A DNA stretch of 64,000 nt from Oopsacas minuta (Eukaryota; Animalia; Porifera): the NCBI GenBank assembly GCA_024704765.1, contig JAKMXF010000005.1, positions 87,829-151,828 on the forward strand. The letters run 5' to 3'. The position numbers and the translations under genes are program-made. Numbering within the stretch: the first letter of the stretch is position 1; every line of letters begins with the position of its first letter. This document shows positions 38,951 through 52,242 of this stretch, piece after piece. The notes beneath the pieces were generated by a model. That model was not told the DNA's origin. It saw nothing but the letters and a program-made list of their open reading frames with translations, and did not search any database.

Positions 38951-39299
38951 TGTTATGATCGTGTTCTACATTTCACAAAAGTCCAGCAGTACGGACGTAC
39001 TAGCATAGGCCTGGGCTGGCGCCGTAGAACACGATACCTGACGTAGTAGAGTAGTTACCGAAGAAGCGAGGCCAGGTTGAGTGGAGGAATAGTAGTAGTT
39101 AGCGAAGAATCTTAGTCCTCGGGAACTACAGTAGGTGGCAGTACGGGTAGATTACAAACAAGGAGAACGTTGTAGGCCTTAGGCCGACACTACGATGACG
39201 TGTCCTGCAATGGGACGAAACCACGCATAATATCCCTATGATCGGCGACGGAGTCACCATAAAAATTTGTCTCCGGAAAAGAGATCACCGATCATCACA
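38951..39299. mobile_element. Putative solo LTR (~350 bp)
   Basis: TGTTATGATCG...CGATCATCACA; flanks TTAT/TTAG (3 of 4 match); richer in GC than its surroundings. Confidence 0.4.
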
Positions 39300-40332
39300 T
39301 TAGGATTACAATATACTCGACAAGTCTACGAATAGTAAGAAATATTATAGTTTATACTCCAGGGAGTTTACAAGTAAACATTATACTCGAAAGAGTTAGC
39401 ACTTAGGCCAGTAGATTCCCTTCTCCTCCTCCTCATCGTGTGTCACGTCACTTCTCCCAAACATCTGACCTCTGTTCACTTCGTCTCAGTTGCTGCTTCA
39501 TCAGCTCCATCCCCATCTCCAGCTCCATCATCTTCAGCTTCATTTCTTGCGCCTCCCTCTCCGATTCCCTTCTCCACTCTCGCAACTCGTCGAGCTCGCT
39601 CCTTACCATCCTCTTCCACTCCTCTAATTCCTCTTCTCGTTTCCCCGCCTCCTCCTTCCATTCTTGAACTTCCTTCTGAGCAATTTACTTGGCTATTTTC
39701 AAATCGATCACCTGTCCAAGATCCCCTGGGTCATCACCTCCTGCTCATATAGCCTATCTTTGAGGGATGTTATCAGCCAAGCTGTGTCCATCTGCTTGGT
39801 CATCGCGTCGTATAAAAATTATAAATTTGAACTAATATGTAGGTATAATGTAAAAATGTAAATACATATTCAAATACTATTACATAAGTACTACAAAATT
39901 GAAATGAATAATGTAGAGTAAACGCATGTATATATCTCCGAAAAATAATTATGCCTATAGTTTAATCGACGTGTGTGTTCGGAACTGAACACTACGAAAA
40001 CATGAAAGATAATCATAACTAAAGAAAATAATATTTGGTATACGGACATTTCGTCGCATCAAGCAAATGAAGTGCGCTAGTAATGTGAAATATTAGTACA
40101 AAATATAAATGTAAAAATAATAATATTTTGAACCTGAAAAGCTAAGTCACACTCAGAAGGGCATAACTCTGGAAATATTTTGAATTTTTGAAAAATATTT
40201 TAGTTATAAACTCTGGAGATACAGTGCGTGCGAAAAACGATATACAATGTTTGGGCTACGAAATTCGATTTTTGGAACAGAATATGAACCTGAGGCCTTA
40301 AAAGTAACCGAGTTTGTTTACGTTATTATTTT

Positions 40333-42170
40333 TTGTCTTTAGATTTTATCAATATTTTGCGAAAACGCAAGATTGACAACGAGAAACGTGGGTTTGATGA
40401 AGATTGGACGATAAAATATTTTTTTGAGAAAGGTCCCAAGGGTCTTCCTATTTATATTATTTGTTCCTACCATTGTACTGTGAACAAGGAGTACAATCTT
40501 CGCAGACATTACCAACGCAACACAGCAAGAGATATGACGAATTCACAGGGTTATTTAGAGGTGAAGCAGTGAAAAGATTAAGAACAGAAAGAATAGCCCA
40601 GAAATCAATGTTCGTCGCTCAAAAACAAATAAGTGAGCATGTATGCGGGATAGTTATCGTATATGTGAGGTTATTGCGAAATGAACTCGGCCGTTTACGG
40701 AAAGTCAAATGATAAAGGACTGCTTGGCAATTACAGCCGCCGAAGTAGCAGCGAAACAACAAAATCTATTCTCAGCAATCAGTCAGACCCCTAATACCGT
40801 GGCGTCTAGAATTTCAGAAATGGGAATAGACTTGACAAACCAACTTCAGAAGAAATCCGAAAGTTTCAAGTCTTTCTCGTTGGAATTTGATGGCAGTACG
40901 GATGTCTCTGACACAGAACAACTTTCTGTGTATATTCGGGGTATCTCCTCTCCTTTTGAAATCCACGAGGACATTATTGGATTGTTCCCAATGGATGGGA
41001 GAATTCAAGGAATAGAAGTCAAGGGTACTGTTAAGAGAATCATGGAACAACGACTTCCGTGTTTATCATGGAATCTTCTCTCTGCGGTTGGAACAGATGG
41101 AGCTACTAATATGATTGGGAAAGAGATAGGAGCTGTGAAATTGTTGTTGGATCAGGTGGTCCCACCTCAACATCGCTGTCTTTCCTTACATTGCATAATT
41201 CACCAGGAGTCCCTCTGCGGAAAGTCTCTCAAATACCAAAGTGTAATGGATGTTGTTTCCAAAGTCATTAACTTTATTCGTGCAAAAGGACTCAACCATA
41301 GACAATTTAAAGCACTGTTAAAGGAACTGGATTCACAGTACAGAGATATTCTCTATCATTGTGAAGTTCGTTGGTTGAGTCGAGGGCGTGTTTTGCAGCG
41401 ATTTAATGATCTGTTCACCGAAATTAGAATTTTTAATATAGAAAAAGATGCGAACCTAAAAACCAAAAATGGGGAACATGTGATTGAACAGATGTATAAC
41501 AAAAACTGGTTGTTTGATTCTGCAAGCCTCTCTGACATTACAGGTCATTTGAATGATCTAAATATCAGACTCCAGGGCCGAGGGAAATTTATTTCGCAAC
41601 TTTGGAGCCATGTAAAAAGCTTCATGGAGAAGCTCTCTCTATTTATTAGTCAGGCAGAAAAGAATGACTTTCGCCATCTCCCTTCTGTGGCGAAACTCCT
41701 CAAAGATAATCCAGAAGAAATCTTTATGACAAACAAGCTAAAACTAAATCTTAAAACCTTGAGCCAGAACTTTTCTGAACGTTTCTATGTGTTCCAAGAA
41801 TATGAACATGAATTTCGCCTATTCGAGGATCCCTTCTCAATTAATGTTGCGGATTGTGAGGATAGTGGAGTGCAATTGGAGCTGATTAACCTCAAATATC
41901 ATGAACCGTTGAAGAGCGCATTTTCAACAGGTGACTTAATCGCTTTTTATCAATTAATGGATGAGAAAGCATTTCCAAAGCTGAAAAGCCATGCATTCTA
42001 CATTGGAAGTATGCTTGGAAGCAACTTATGCGAATGAACTATCCTTCTCACTCATGAAGGCTGTTAAAACTCGCACAGGTCGCGGCTAACCAACGAACAT
42101 TTGGATTCAGTGGTGCGACTAGCATTGTCACCCATCTCTCCCAGCATTGTAGATCTTGTTGGATCGGAGA
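40333..42170 (+). pseudogene. hAT transposase (GTF2IRD2/Buster-like), frameshifted
   Basis: KEYNLRRHY, FDGSTDVSDTEQL, TDGATNM, LHCIIHQESLC, VRWLSRG, and a frameshifted dimerisation tail. Confidence 0.9.
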
Positions 42171-43655
42171 GGTGCCAGAAAAGTAGTCAAAAATAATGCC
42201 GATTCCTTATATGTTAGGATAGTAGTGTAGTTATGTATACTCATGCAATGAAATACTAGCTTATTCAAGCATTTGTAAAGGATCTATTAATCACCTAACT
42301 AACTCATCAGGAGCTTTGATCCAGGGTCTATATTTACCTAGCCACAATTTTGGCCGAGATTTTGCGGCAAAATCAATTTTGGCACGTGATCGAATTCAAG
42401 TTTGAGACCCCTGTATTAACCAATAGAATTACAGTCTATATTCATAAAAGTAGATTACAGTGCTGATTAAATTTCAAACACCACCAGAACTACTATTATG
42501 CATTTATGCCTAATTGTAGAATCCTACAAAATCTGTTTGGGCTAAAATACATAGGTTAAGGTGTGAAAATATACATGAAAATTTTTGAAATGCACCACCC
42601 ATTTTTAGTTATTATGAATATCAGATTTTCGGTCAAGTTTAAATTCGCATACTTATGTATTTATCTTGTTTATCAAGGAAGTAAGCAGAAATCAATATAC
42701 CTTTACTAATTATGTTGAACATGCTAAATCCAATTTTCCTGTTTTTGGATTAATCATATGTAAATATATTTGTGTTTTAATTAATATAATGTAAACAAAT
42801 TTTCCAAATCTCAAAATATACGCACAGGCTTGCTCTCAACGGCTACTCAGGATTAACTAATTTCGCTGAATCCGAATATTCCATTTTCAAGTTTCTTATA
42901 TATGAATTATTATTGTTTTATCAATATAATGTAATCAAATTAGCCAAATCTCAAATTTAAGTAGATACTTTCCCTCAACTGCTACAAAGGGGGTTCATCT
43001 TACAAAATATTCAATAACTTGTATGCCATATACGTATAATTGTGAATTACATTGTTCTAAATATATTTATATTACTACACGAAGGGGCCGTCAATTTGGA
43101 GAATAATGAAGCATCTGTATATTTTGATCGAATTCTTTGTAGAACTTTGATCAAATTTTCTTATGTCGAACTTTGATCGAATGATGAAAAGGCAAATTTT
43201 GATCAAAGTTCTACCAAAATGTCTTCAGTCGAACTTTGATCGAAAAATGAGAAATTTGACCGAAAAATGAGTACCTGTATTTATCACATAAATATCACGA
43301 GTTATATAATTTGGTTAACTAACACGAGATTTCTTTTTATCAATTCGGGATAGTTCCCGAATTGTTTACGTGCAAAATATCTGTGGCAGAAATCAGCCCA
43401 ATAGAAGTTACGTCACCAGAATTTATTGATTGAACGATTAATACGTGTTATACATAATAAGTCTTCACTGAAAGAAGTATTAAACAACTTAGGATAGAAC
43501 ACATATGACACATACATTACTTCTACATTCTAATAGCATATGGGTAATGTAACTATAAAGTAATATTCGCTATCTAACTTTAGATAATATACCATCACTA
43601 AACTACAATATATTATCACATAACCTAATTCTAATATTCAGTTAAAACTGACATG

Positions 43656-45264
43656 TCAAACGTTGAATTGACTTTGCCATTGGAAAATCTGCATCTTGTT
43701 CATTATAATAGAACGACAAACTGGGCATCGATCACCTAGCGTAAAATTCAGTTCACAATTTCCGAATACATTAGCATGTCCACAAGGTATGAAGACAAAC
43801 GTTAAATCTCTACTGTTCAAACAAATGATACACGGATTCTTCACCGCTTGAACTATCAGAAGTTTCATCTATACTTTCTTCCAATTCCGTAGATCCCGAA
43901 TAAGTCTAAAATTGCGGATTACCAATAGTATTTGAAATTTCTTTAATATATTCTAGTGATGTGCATTTTTTTCTTTGAAGTTATTCTTTACATTTGTTTC
44001 TAATTTTCTCATTATTTATATCCTTTGCACTTCGTTCGCCAATTTCTAGGCCATTCTTCATTCTCTGGCATTCAAGGTCACATTTTTTCAGCGTCTTTTC
44101 GAGACATTCCATAAATGCCCATATGTTAGGCTTTTTACACGGATGAGAGACTTAAACCCCGATGATATACTTCAGAACAGTTATTATTTGTTTGAATAGA
44201 ATAGAATATTGATAAATCATTTCTGTTAATCCATTCTCTCTTTATGTAACTCTTAGGCCTTTGAAGATTAATAATCTCATGATCATTCATATTTTGTAGA
44301 ATAACTCCAGATAACAATCTATAGACTGGTACAATTTCTTCTTTAGGTAACATGGGAAGTACCATAACTTACCTGACCCATCCATTAAACTCAGAGTTAT
44401 TTGTATACGAAGAAGTGAGATGTAGCTTTGTTAACCTTTTCCAAATAGCTCTCGAAAAATGAAACAGGCATCCTGATACTTCTATCGAATTGAAAGCTGT
44501 GCGAAATGAATTTCTTGAACCCTTTTCATAGTCACCTACAGCTAATTTTGGTTTGAAATCAGGGACAAATTCTGTTACCTTTTGCAGAACATCGTCATAG
44601 AGAGATTCTGATTTTTTGACATTAAAATATGTATGGCTGGCAAAGCATGATGGCCTTCTTGTAGGAAAATAGTAAACAACTGGTAAAATAATTTGGGGAC
44701 AACAAAAAATGTTGCATCAAATTGATCGCATCAGTATTTTTTAGAGATTCAAACATAAGATCAGACCAGAATAAAGCTGCAAAGCCTTCTGATGAGATTA
44801 TCATTGTTCGAAAAAGTTTGCAAATCGTGTTTAATTGATCATTACTTCAAATTGTTCAGGCCTTAGAGGATTCCCTGGTAATTAAAGTCTTCTTCTTTTA
44901 ACCATCTTATTTCGAACACTGCGATAACTCACTAATGCACCTGCTTGATCTGTAGAAATCACATCATCAAAGATTTCCCTTAGATTTCCAGTTGACGATT
45001 CTACAGCACGTTTGATTCTATTATTCAGAACTATTACACTGGATCCGTAGGAGGCTTCAGTGTGATAATGATCTTTTTTGCAGTAAAAAGATTAATTGTG
45101 AGATCAATTCGCCCTGTACCATGACGTTCAATTTCTTTGCACATCCACAGGGTACACCTCAAATAAATGGATGTTGAGGACGAGGAGGGCTGAATATATC
45201 GAAAGCTTTGACATTCATAGTTAACAGAACCAATTTTTTTACCATCAATAACACTATATCCCAT
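43656..45264 (-). pseudogene. FLYWCH-like + MULE transposase with C-terminal C3HC4 RING
   Basis: YLRCT, GDYEKG..GCLFHFSRA, LPMLP, TNNNCSEVYH, PNIWAF, then an acidic linker to CIIC..FIPCGH..CPVCR. Confidence 0.8.
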
Positions 45265-45984
45265 TGATTGAGATGAATAAGAGCGATGTAGAAAATATCG
45301 AAGAGTATTTTAGGAAAACGATGCAAACTATTGATAAGATAATTCTAAATACCACAGTAAAATATTCAAAGAAAATAAAGTTTGGGAAATCAGAACCATT
45401 GGAATTTTCTAGATATTAATACAATTTCAATGGTAAATTAAATTGGCACAGAAGTTGCAAATCATGTCAGATCAAAAATCGTATACCAAGGTACAAATCT
45501 ATAGGTCGCACAGACTTACACTAAACCCTTTGATAAATTTCAGCTCTTAATCGTAAACCGTGTGGCCTGGAGAACGAAAACAGAAACAAGAGACAAAAAA
45601 ATACAAAATAAATAAGCACTGAGATCACTACTGAGCCTCATACTAAAGTATAGTCGGCACAGTAAAAACTGCAAAATATATAGCTGAGCATCTAAGCCTA
45701 TGGAATGATGTTTAAAGATGGGACACACACATTAAATCTAACATTAAATTTACGATCGGAATAATCTAACAATGAGGTCAAAGTGATGATTTCAGATCAA
45801 AATAGTACACATTAGATCGTATTAATAGTTCAACCAATAAATTCTAGTGACGTAACTTCTATTGGGCTGATTTCTGCAATAGATATTTTGCACGTAAGTA
45901 CTAGTTCCCGAATTGATAAAAAGAAATACCATGTTAGTTAACCAAATTATATAACTCGTGATATTTATGTGATAAATACAAGTA

Positions 45985-46205
45985 CTCATTTTTCGATCAA
46001 AGTTCCACATTTTCGATCAAAGTTCTCATTTTTCGATCAAAGTTCAACATTTTTGATTAAAGTTCTACATTTTTCGATCAAAGTTCTCATTTTTCGATCA
46101 AAGTTCTACATTTTTGGTCAAAGTTCTACATTTGTGGATCAAAGATCCACATTTTTCGATCAAAGATCTACATTTTTGATCAAAGTTCTACATTATTCGA
46201 TCAAA
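45985..46205. repeat. 20-21-bp tandem array (TTTTCGATCAAAGTTCTACAT), ~11 copies, inside the right MULE TIR
   Basis: Read directly; contiguous units with no unique spacers. Confidence 0.93.
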
Positions 46206-46522
46206 GTTCGACTAAGACATTTTAGTAAAACTTTGATCAAAAATTTGCCTTTTTCATCATTCGATCAAAGTTCGACATAAGAAAATTTGATCAAAGGTCT
46301 ACAAAGAATTCGATCAAAATATACAGATGCATAATGAATACCTCGAGGTGCAATGCGCCGAGTTATTCGCGAACCGACTACCCAAAGGCTTGTACATTAT
46401 ATTTCGTTATCTCCTCAACTTACAATTAAACCCTAATACTAGTAAATCGTAATATTTACCCACTGTGTGTTCCCCTATATTCATCACCACTTCTTTGAGT
46501 CAAATATTCATCATTGCTTCTA

Positions 46523-47828
46523 CAGGGTGTCTAGTAAGTTCTGTCCTCAATGTTTTTGCATGCCATATTTTCTATATTAAACCAATTTGGTTGATATTTT
46601 ATAAACTGATAAAATATTTAGTAATAAATTGTTTAGTAAAGTGTTTACTCAATATATCCTCCCTTTTGAGAAATTACAGCCTGTAGCCGTGCCCTAAATT
46701 TCCCTACTGCATTTCGCAGCTCATCTTGTGGTATTTTCTGCCATTCACGCTGAAGGGAGAGCTTCAGAGAGTCCAAACTCTTGTGAGGTTTAGCACATGC
46801 CCTTGCCTCCAGATTAGCCCAGACGCTATATTCGAGCGGATTCAAATCTAGACTAGATGGGCCCATTGGTCTTTGCTAATAAACTAGATTTTTCTTGCCC
46901 TAAACTAGTCTTGAGTGCTTTTGGATGCATGTGCAGGGGCAGAATCCTGTTGAAAGATCCAAGTGTTATTTCTAAATAGATTTTGCCCAGCTACACTGAT
47001 TTCCTGTTCCAAAATCAATTCTTGGTATGTTGCAGAGTTGATTTTGACCCCTTGGGGGACAAAAATCAGATTTGTCCGTGAATTTGCGGACACACCAACC
47101 CAGGCTATCACAGACATTGGCTTCTGCACCTATCGATGTATTTCAGGTTTTCTGGAATTGCTGTGGAACTGCTAGCAAGAATCCGATCATTTTGTCAGTT
47201 CCTAGCCTCTTCAATCGTGGAAATTTTCTCATCTGAGAAGAGGATCTGGTCTTAGGCCCCAGGAACGAACCACTGAAGAAGTACTTTCGATCTAGCCAGC
47301 CTCTTAGTCCGAATACTCGGGTTAAGGTGGTGTACCTTGTCTTTTAATAGACTTAAGCCCTAGATCCTCAACTACCAGCTTTCGCATCGTTTCATGATTA
47401 ACCGATAATTCACGGGCCATTTTCCTGATGGATCTCCGGGGATTCCGAGAAATTCGGCAGCGGACTTTGTTTTTCAAGGCTGGAGTCCTTACAGACCTTG
47501 GACGACCGGATCTAGGTTTGTCACTCAAGCTTTCAGTGTCCTTTATCGTTTAATGGTACGATATATTAGCTTAGGTGAAACCTTTCCATTTTTTAGCTTT
47601 TGAAAAATTTCCTTTTTTTAGCTACCTATCTCGAAAAGTGCGATAAATTTGGATCTAATTTTTTCAGCCATTATTTCACAAGTGTAAATAATATTATGTA
47701 GAAGCCTATTATTCGTTTGAAAGAGCGGAAAAAGTGTTACAAATTATGCATCTCAAACTGCTTGTGTGTTCACACCTAACTATGCAATGAGATGTGATTT
47801 ATGAGGACAGAACTTATTAGACACCCTG
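46523..47828 (-). mobile_element. Tc1/mariner element, maT (DD37D)-like, degenerate transposase
   Basis: 27-bp TIR CAGGGTGTCTA(G/A)TAAGTTCTGTCCTCA; TA left, TG right; QQDSAPAH..37 aa..DLNPLEY with internal stops and frameshifts. Confidence 0.88.
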
Positions 47829-50800
47829 TGAGCTCAGGGATTACATATGGTAGTATTATTAATTGTATAAATAATAATTCAACTATATACAGATTCAGTA
47901 GAGAAAGAATGTTCTCAGTTTCTAACAGTGCGACTGAAATGGATACAACGTTATATTGTGAAGGAGAGCATAACAACAACAATAGGGATTGGATTTTTCA
48001 AGAATCCCAAAGCATTCTTAAGAAAATTAGTGAACTTGGATCAACATCAGGCTTCACCTTGGTCCAATTCTATGTATTTCACTTGTTGTATAATTAACTT
48101 TTGGGAAAATTCCCATCCCTTCATGTATATGTGATATACAATTAGAAAAAAATCCTATAGCTTGTGCAGAAAAATATAGCACGCCAATCGAAAAGTGTCC
48201 ATATGAATTGGCAAATATACAGGTTGGTCATAAATATTAATCTATTTTATATGATCATATCCCACGAGATACAGTTTGAACATTTATCTTATTCTCTTCA
48301 TTTTGTTACATAACATTTGTTTTCTTATATAATTATTATTAAAGAGAACACTTTAGACAATGTCGTAGAGGAATGACCAAAAGGTTAAACACAAGGTGAA
48401 TTCAATCGATGTAATGGAGTTAAAAAAGCTCTTACACCAACGACTATACGTTCTATTATTGAGAAAGTATATTGTAAAAATTATTGATGATAAGAATTGG
48501 ATACTAGGAATGTTCATTTTTCGGATTAGGCAGATTTCATCTCAGCGGCCACGTAAATAAACAAACTATCTGTTTTATCCATTAGAAGGACATATCCTGA
48601 TTCTAGGTAACCAGAGAGTGTTGAAAAGTTGTTGTATGACCCGCAGTCACCCCTGAGTGTATCATTCGGCCTCTATCTTCTTCGGAAATGAGGAGGGAAC
48701 AGCGCTAACAGTGAATTCAGCCAGATATCTACACATGCAAATAGATACTTTGTTCCAGTAATTATTGGCTAATATTGCATTCATGCTAGATTAGTCACCC
48801 TCCACAATATGCTAATTTTGTTAAATACTTTCCCGAAAACAGTTTTAATATGGTGATTTCGCTTTGATTCAAGAATCATTGGGCACCTTACTCTCTAGAC
48901 CTAAATTCATTTCATTTCTTCTTGTGGAGGCCCTAAAGTCGGTAGTACAATTGAATCCAATTCCTGAAAGCAATTTTAGACAAGAGATGTTACTGATTAA
49001 ATCAGAAGTTTTGAGAAAGTTTTTTATCACATGCTTTTCTGGGTCGAAATATGCATCACAAAGAAGTGGGCCTGGATCAAACACTTTCTGAAATAATCAT
49101 AACATGAGAGAATAAGGCAATAATGACAGTATTCGAGCTGCATCCAAATCATACGCGAGCGGTGGAGCGGAAACATGTTTCTAACAAAGAGTAGCATTAT
49201 CTATTGTATTATATAATGAAGCTAGATGATTATTTTGCGTAGATAATCAAATTCACTTTGTTTATATTCTCCCAGCTGCAATAGTGGCAATGTTGTCAAC
49301 TGTCGAACGACATATTTTCCGTATTTATTCGAATCGTTATCACCGTATTCTTCGAATAGTTGTCAGCCGATTATTGATTTCCTCCTATAGGTTGGTACTT
49401 AATTTACGATATTTGTACATACAGCATGTTACTTCCTCTATCTCCGTACTTATGAATTTCTACTATAGTAGGCTCTCATTAATACGAACACGGTTAAGAA
49501 GTAACTCCGCTAAGGGATACGAATTTGGGGGCCCCCTAGTGTAGGTATTAATAAGAGTCTTTTGTAATTGTTTTTATCTTAAAGCAATCCCATTCAATAG
49601 AATATTTGATGGCTAATAGGGAAATATCAAGCCCAATTACTCGCCCCCCACGGGCCCATTAGCTGGCCCTAAATTGCAGGGGTGGCCTTCTAAGGGTCAT
49701 TTCCAATTCAGCGAAACCAAAAGCGGTCCAGCTACAAGGCTATATTTACTTGAGTTGATAAAACAGATATTAATAATAATGATAATTATAATAGTACATG
49801 ATAATTACTTAGTAATTTGATAATGAACCAGCACTTTTGTTTATACAAAGTCGAAATACAAACGAAAATGCTATTCTTTCAAATTTCGCTAAAAGTGAAG
49901 AATGAATTGATCGAATGTTAACTAAATTTTTTACTCGTTCATAGGTACAGTAGATGCCTGATATTAGAGCGGTACGGTTATATGAACATTAACTCGATTT
50001 ACCCAATCTTTTGTATTCTACTCCTTGAATTTTTTGCGAGTATTGGAATTTATCCCGAAAAGGTTGGATATATTTATCCCGGTTATAAGGACACTTTTGC
50101 AGTATTAGTGAGCGGGGTTCTAATAATCAGCTATTTTTGTATAATTGGTATGAATTATACGGTTGATATTCGAAGCGTTTTACAAATTTGTCCATATTTC
50201 CAAATGTAAATATGTCAGGTGTTCTTGAAACTGGCATCCGCTATATACCACATACTGAGAATAAGAACACTGTGTCCAGACTCCTACGATGTTCATATAC
50301 CCGACGTCTACTGTATTGTGATAATTAAACGACCTTCTATTTAGAATCCCACCGAGTGCCATTACAGCTATAACGTAAGTTTATTGACTATATCCTCACC
50401 AAAATGTACTTTTACAAAATATCTATATTATTGATACGAGGGGACATAATAGATAATTGATGTAGCAGTCTACATCATTCTCGCCCTAATTAATATTTTG
50501 AATTTACAATCCCCATTAAGCCATTTTCAATGAGAAATACTTCGGTTAAAACGAATTCAGAGGCAAGGAGCACAAATTTTTGGTGTTTATATAACCAGTT
50601 TCGACTGTATTAGTAATTTATAAGATATCTATTATATGTGATCAATTCAATGTCTCTTATGTGAAATTTCCTAATCGTTGAGCCAACTACATACTCTAAA
50701 ATAAGTTGATGTTGATAGAATTATCTGCTTAATTGCATTTTAATTTACCAGGCAGAGCTGGCTATAAACAGCGTTTTGTATTGCTAGTTAAATTTATGCA

Positions 50801-51252
50801 AGTTGAATCTGTCTTTGCCGTCCTGCAAGATTTCGTCCCGGTTCTCAGAGCTTTACAGTTTGCAATTAAGCAGGAAATGCTTTTATCCTGAATTAAGTTC
50901 ACCAGAGGCGTTGGAATATGACCACAATTTGCATAATTAGACCAATGGTATGTGATTTGATATCAAATCAATTGACCTAAGGAACCTAAATTCGAGAATG
51001 GATCACTCCTGAAGGGAACAAGAATCAACAATTTGCAAAATTTTCATATGCCAATAGAATAAGCATATAATTATGTTGTGAATTGAAATACAGTAGAGTC
51101 TATTTAATACGAGCACAGTTAAGAAGTAACTCCGGTAAAGAGTAGAATTTTGTATCCTTTATCAGTCCCCTTCAATGCATTTTCAATGTAAATTAGTTCG
51201 GATAATACATACTCTGGAAAGAGTGCGTATTTTAACAATTATTGCCTACTTA

Positions 51253-51423
51253 GTTGTTGCATGAAGTACATAGTTTTTGTTAAAATATAGACATTCAAAT
51301 ATGGTATGGACCTTGTCCTATTTATATGTGTACGGACATATCCTACACATTAAAATAGGACAATGTCCATGCCATATTTGAATGTCAATATTTTAACGAT
51401 AGCTACGTACTTAATGCAGCAAC
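51253..51423. repeat. ~170-bp imperfect palindrome (hairpin MITE-like)
   Basis: GACATTCAAATATGGTATGGACCTTGTCCTATTT pairs with AAATAGGACAATGTCCATGCCATATTTGAATGTC; pairing extends outward. Confidence 0.8.
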
Positions 51424-52242
51424 AATTTATTCTCAGAATTGTTTCAATTTTAATGAATTCCTCTTTTGTTCAATTTCAGACTTATACTCAATTCCTACGT
51501 TATTTTGGCCAAGCATACCACACTCTCACTCTCATTTAAATTCCGAAAGTTTTGGTCACATTCCCGTCCATTGTGCAAATTTATTCTACATTTCATTGTT
51601 TAGCGCTCCCAAAAAGAAGAGATGGGTAAAATTCAACAACTATTTCTTAATATACTAGGAAAATAGGCCCTCGCTATTCCAAACAAGCCTTTACTTCTAA
51701 CAAAATCACCATCCAATCAGTGAATTTGTTCGCTTATAGTGAATAGTAACGATGATAACTTGTGGCTTACTAGTTTACGAATATATGAGCAAAAATTCAC
51801 TAAATGATGTACAGACATGTACAGTAGTCGTTAACAATAGACGTTTTTGAAATTTTGACTGTTACAAAATTATTTACCTCCATGTTCTGTTCGGGATAGC
51901 GATGGTCTGCTATATTTTATATGTTTTTGCTCTGAACACAAGCGGGTCGGTTGACCGATTTGAGTAATGGTTAATATACATCATCTACTACATTTCACCG
52001 GTTAATCTATGCTATCACTCGACTACAATGGAATAATTTTAGCATATTCGGCCTGTATAACCCTAAATCCATCCATTTGCTATATCATTTCCATTAAATT
52101 AGTCAAGAGATAAAGATTTAATTAGCACACATATTAATTTTGTGCATGTTAATGTCTAGTAGTAGTAAATATGCTTGCCAAGTATATATTTATTTAGATC
52201 CAGAAATTGTCCAATCGAGTGGTAATTTCAATTATTCTATTA

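Larger units (their letters stand above)
34101..40297 (-). mobile_element. TTAA-targeting Kolobok-like element nested in the hAT
   Basis: TTAA|GGCCTCA...TGAGGCC|TTAA. Removing it rejoins the hAT 5' region to its ORF. It contains a DDE transposase pseudogene. Confidence 0.6.
33801..42413 (+). mobile_element. hAT element (Buster/Charlie/SPIN-like) enlarged to 8.6 kb by nested insertions
   Basis: TIR CAGCTGTCTCAAACT / AGTTTGAGACCCCTG; identical 8-bp TSD TATTAACC (33793-33800, 42414-42421); GGCCCGCGGGCC subterminal motif. Confidence 0.9.
43111..46330 (-). mobile_element. Phantom-like MULE element with long asymmetric TIRs
   Basis: GCATCTGTAT...ATACAGATGC termini; 8-bp TSD ATAATGAA (43103-43110, 46331-46338); TIRs ~43111-43445 and ~45818-46330. 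Confidence 0.88.

Noticed and set aside
39438-39752. Pro/Ser-rich and Gly/Glu-rich ORFs in the track
   Set aside because: They are alternative frames of one purine-skewed segment best explained by the coiled-coil frame.
45985-46205. Short repeat array as CRISPR; ORF 45969..46280 as a gene
   Set aside because: Units are contiguous with no unique spacers, there are no cas genes, and the array lies in a MULE TIR. The ORF is just the translated repeat.
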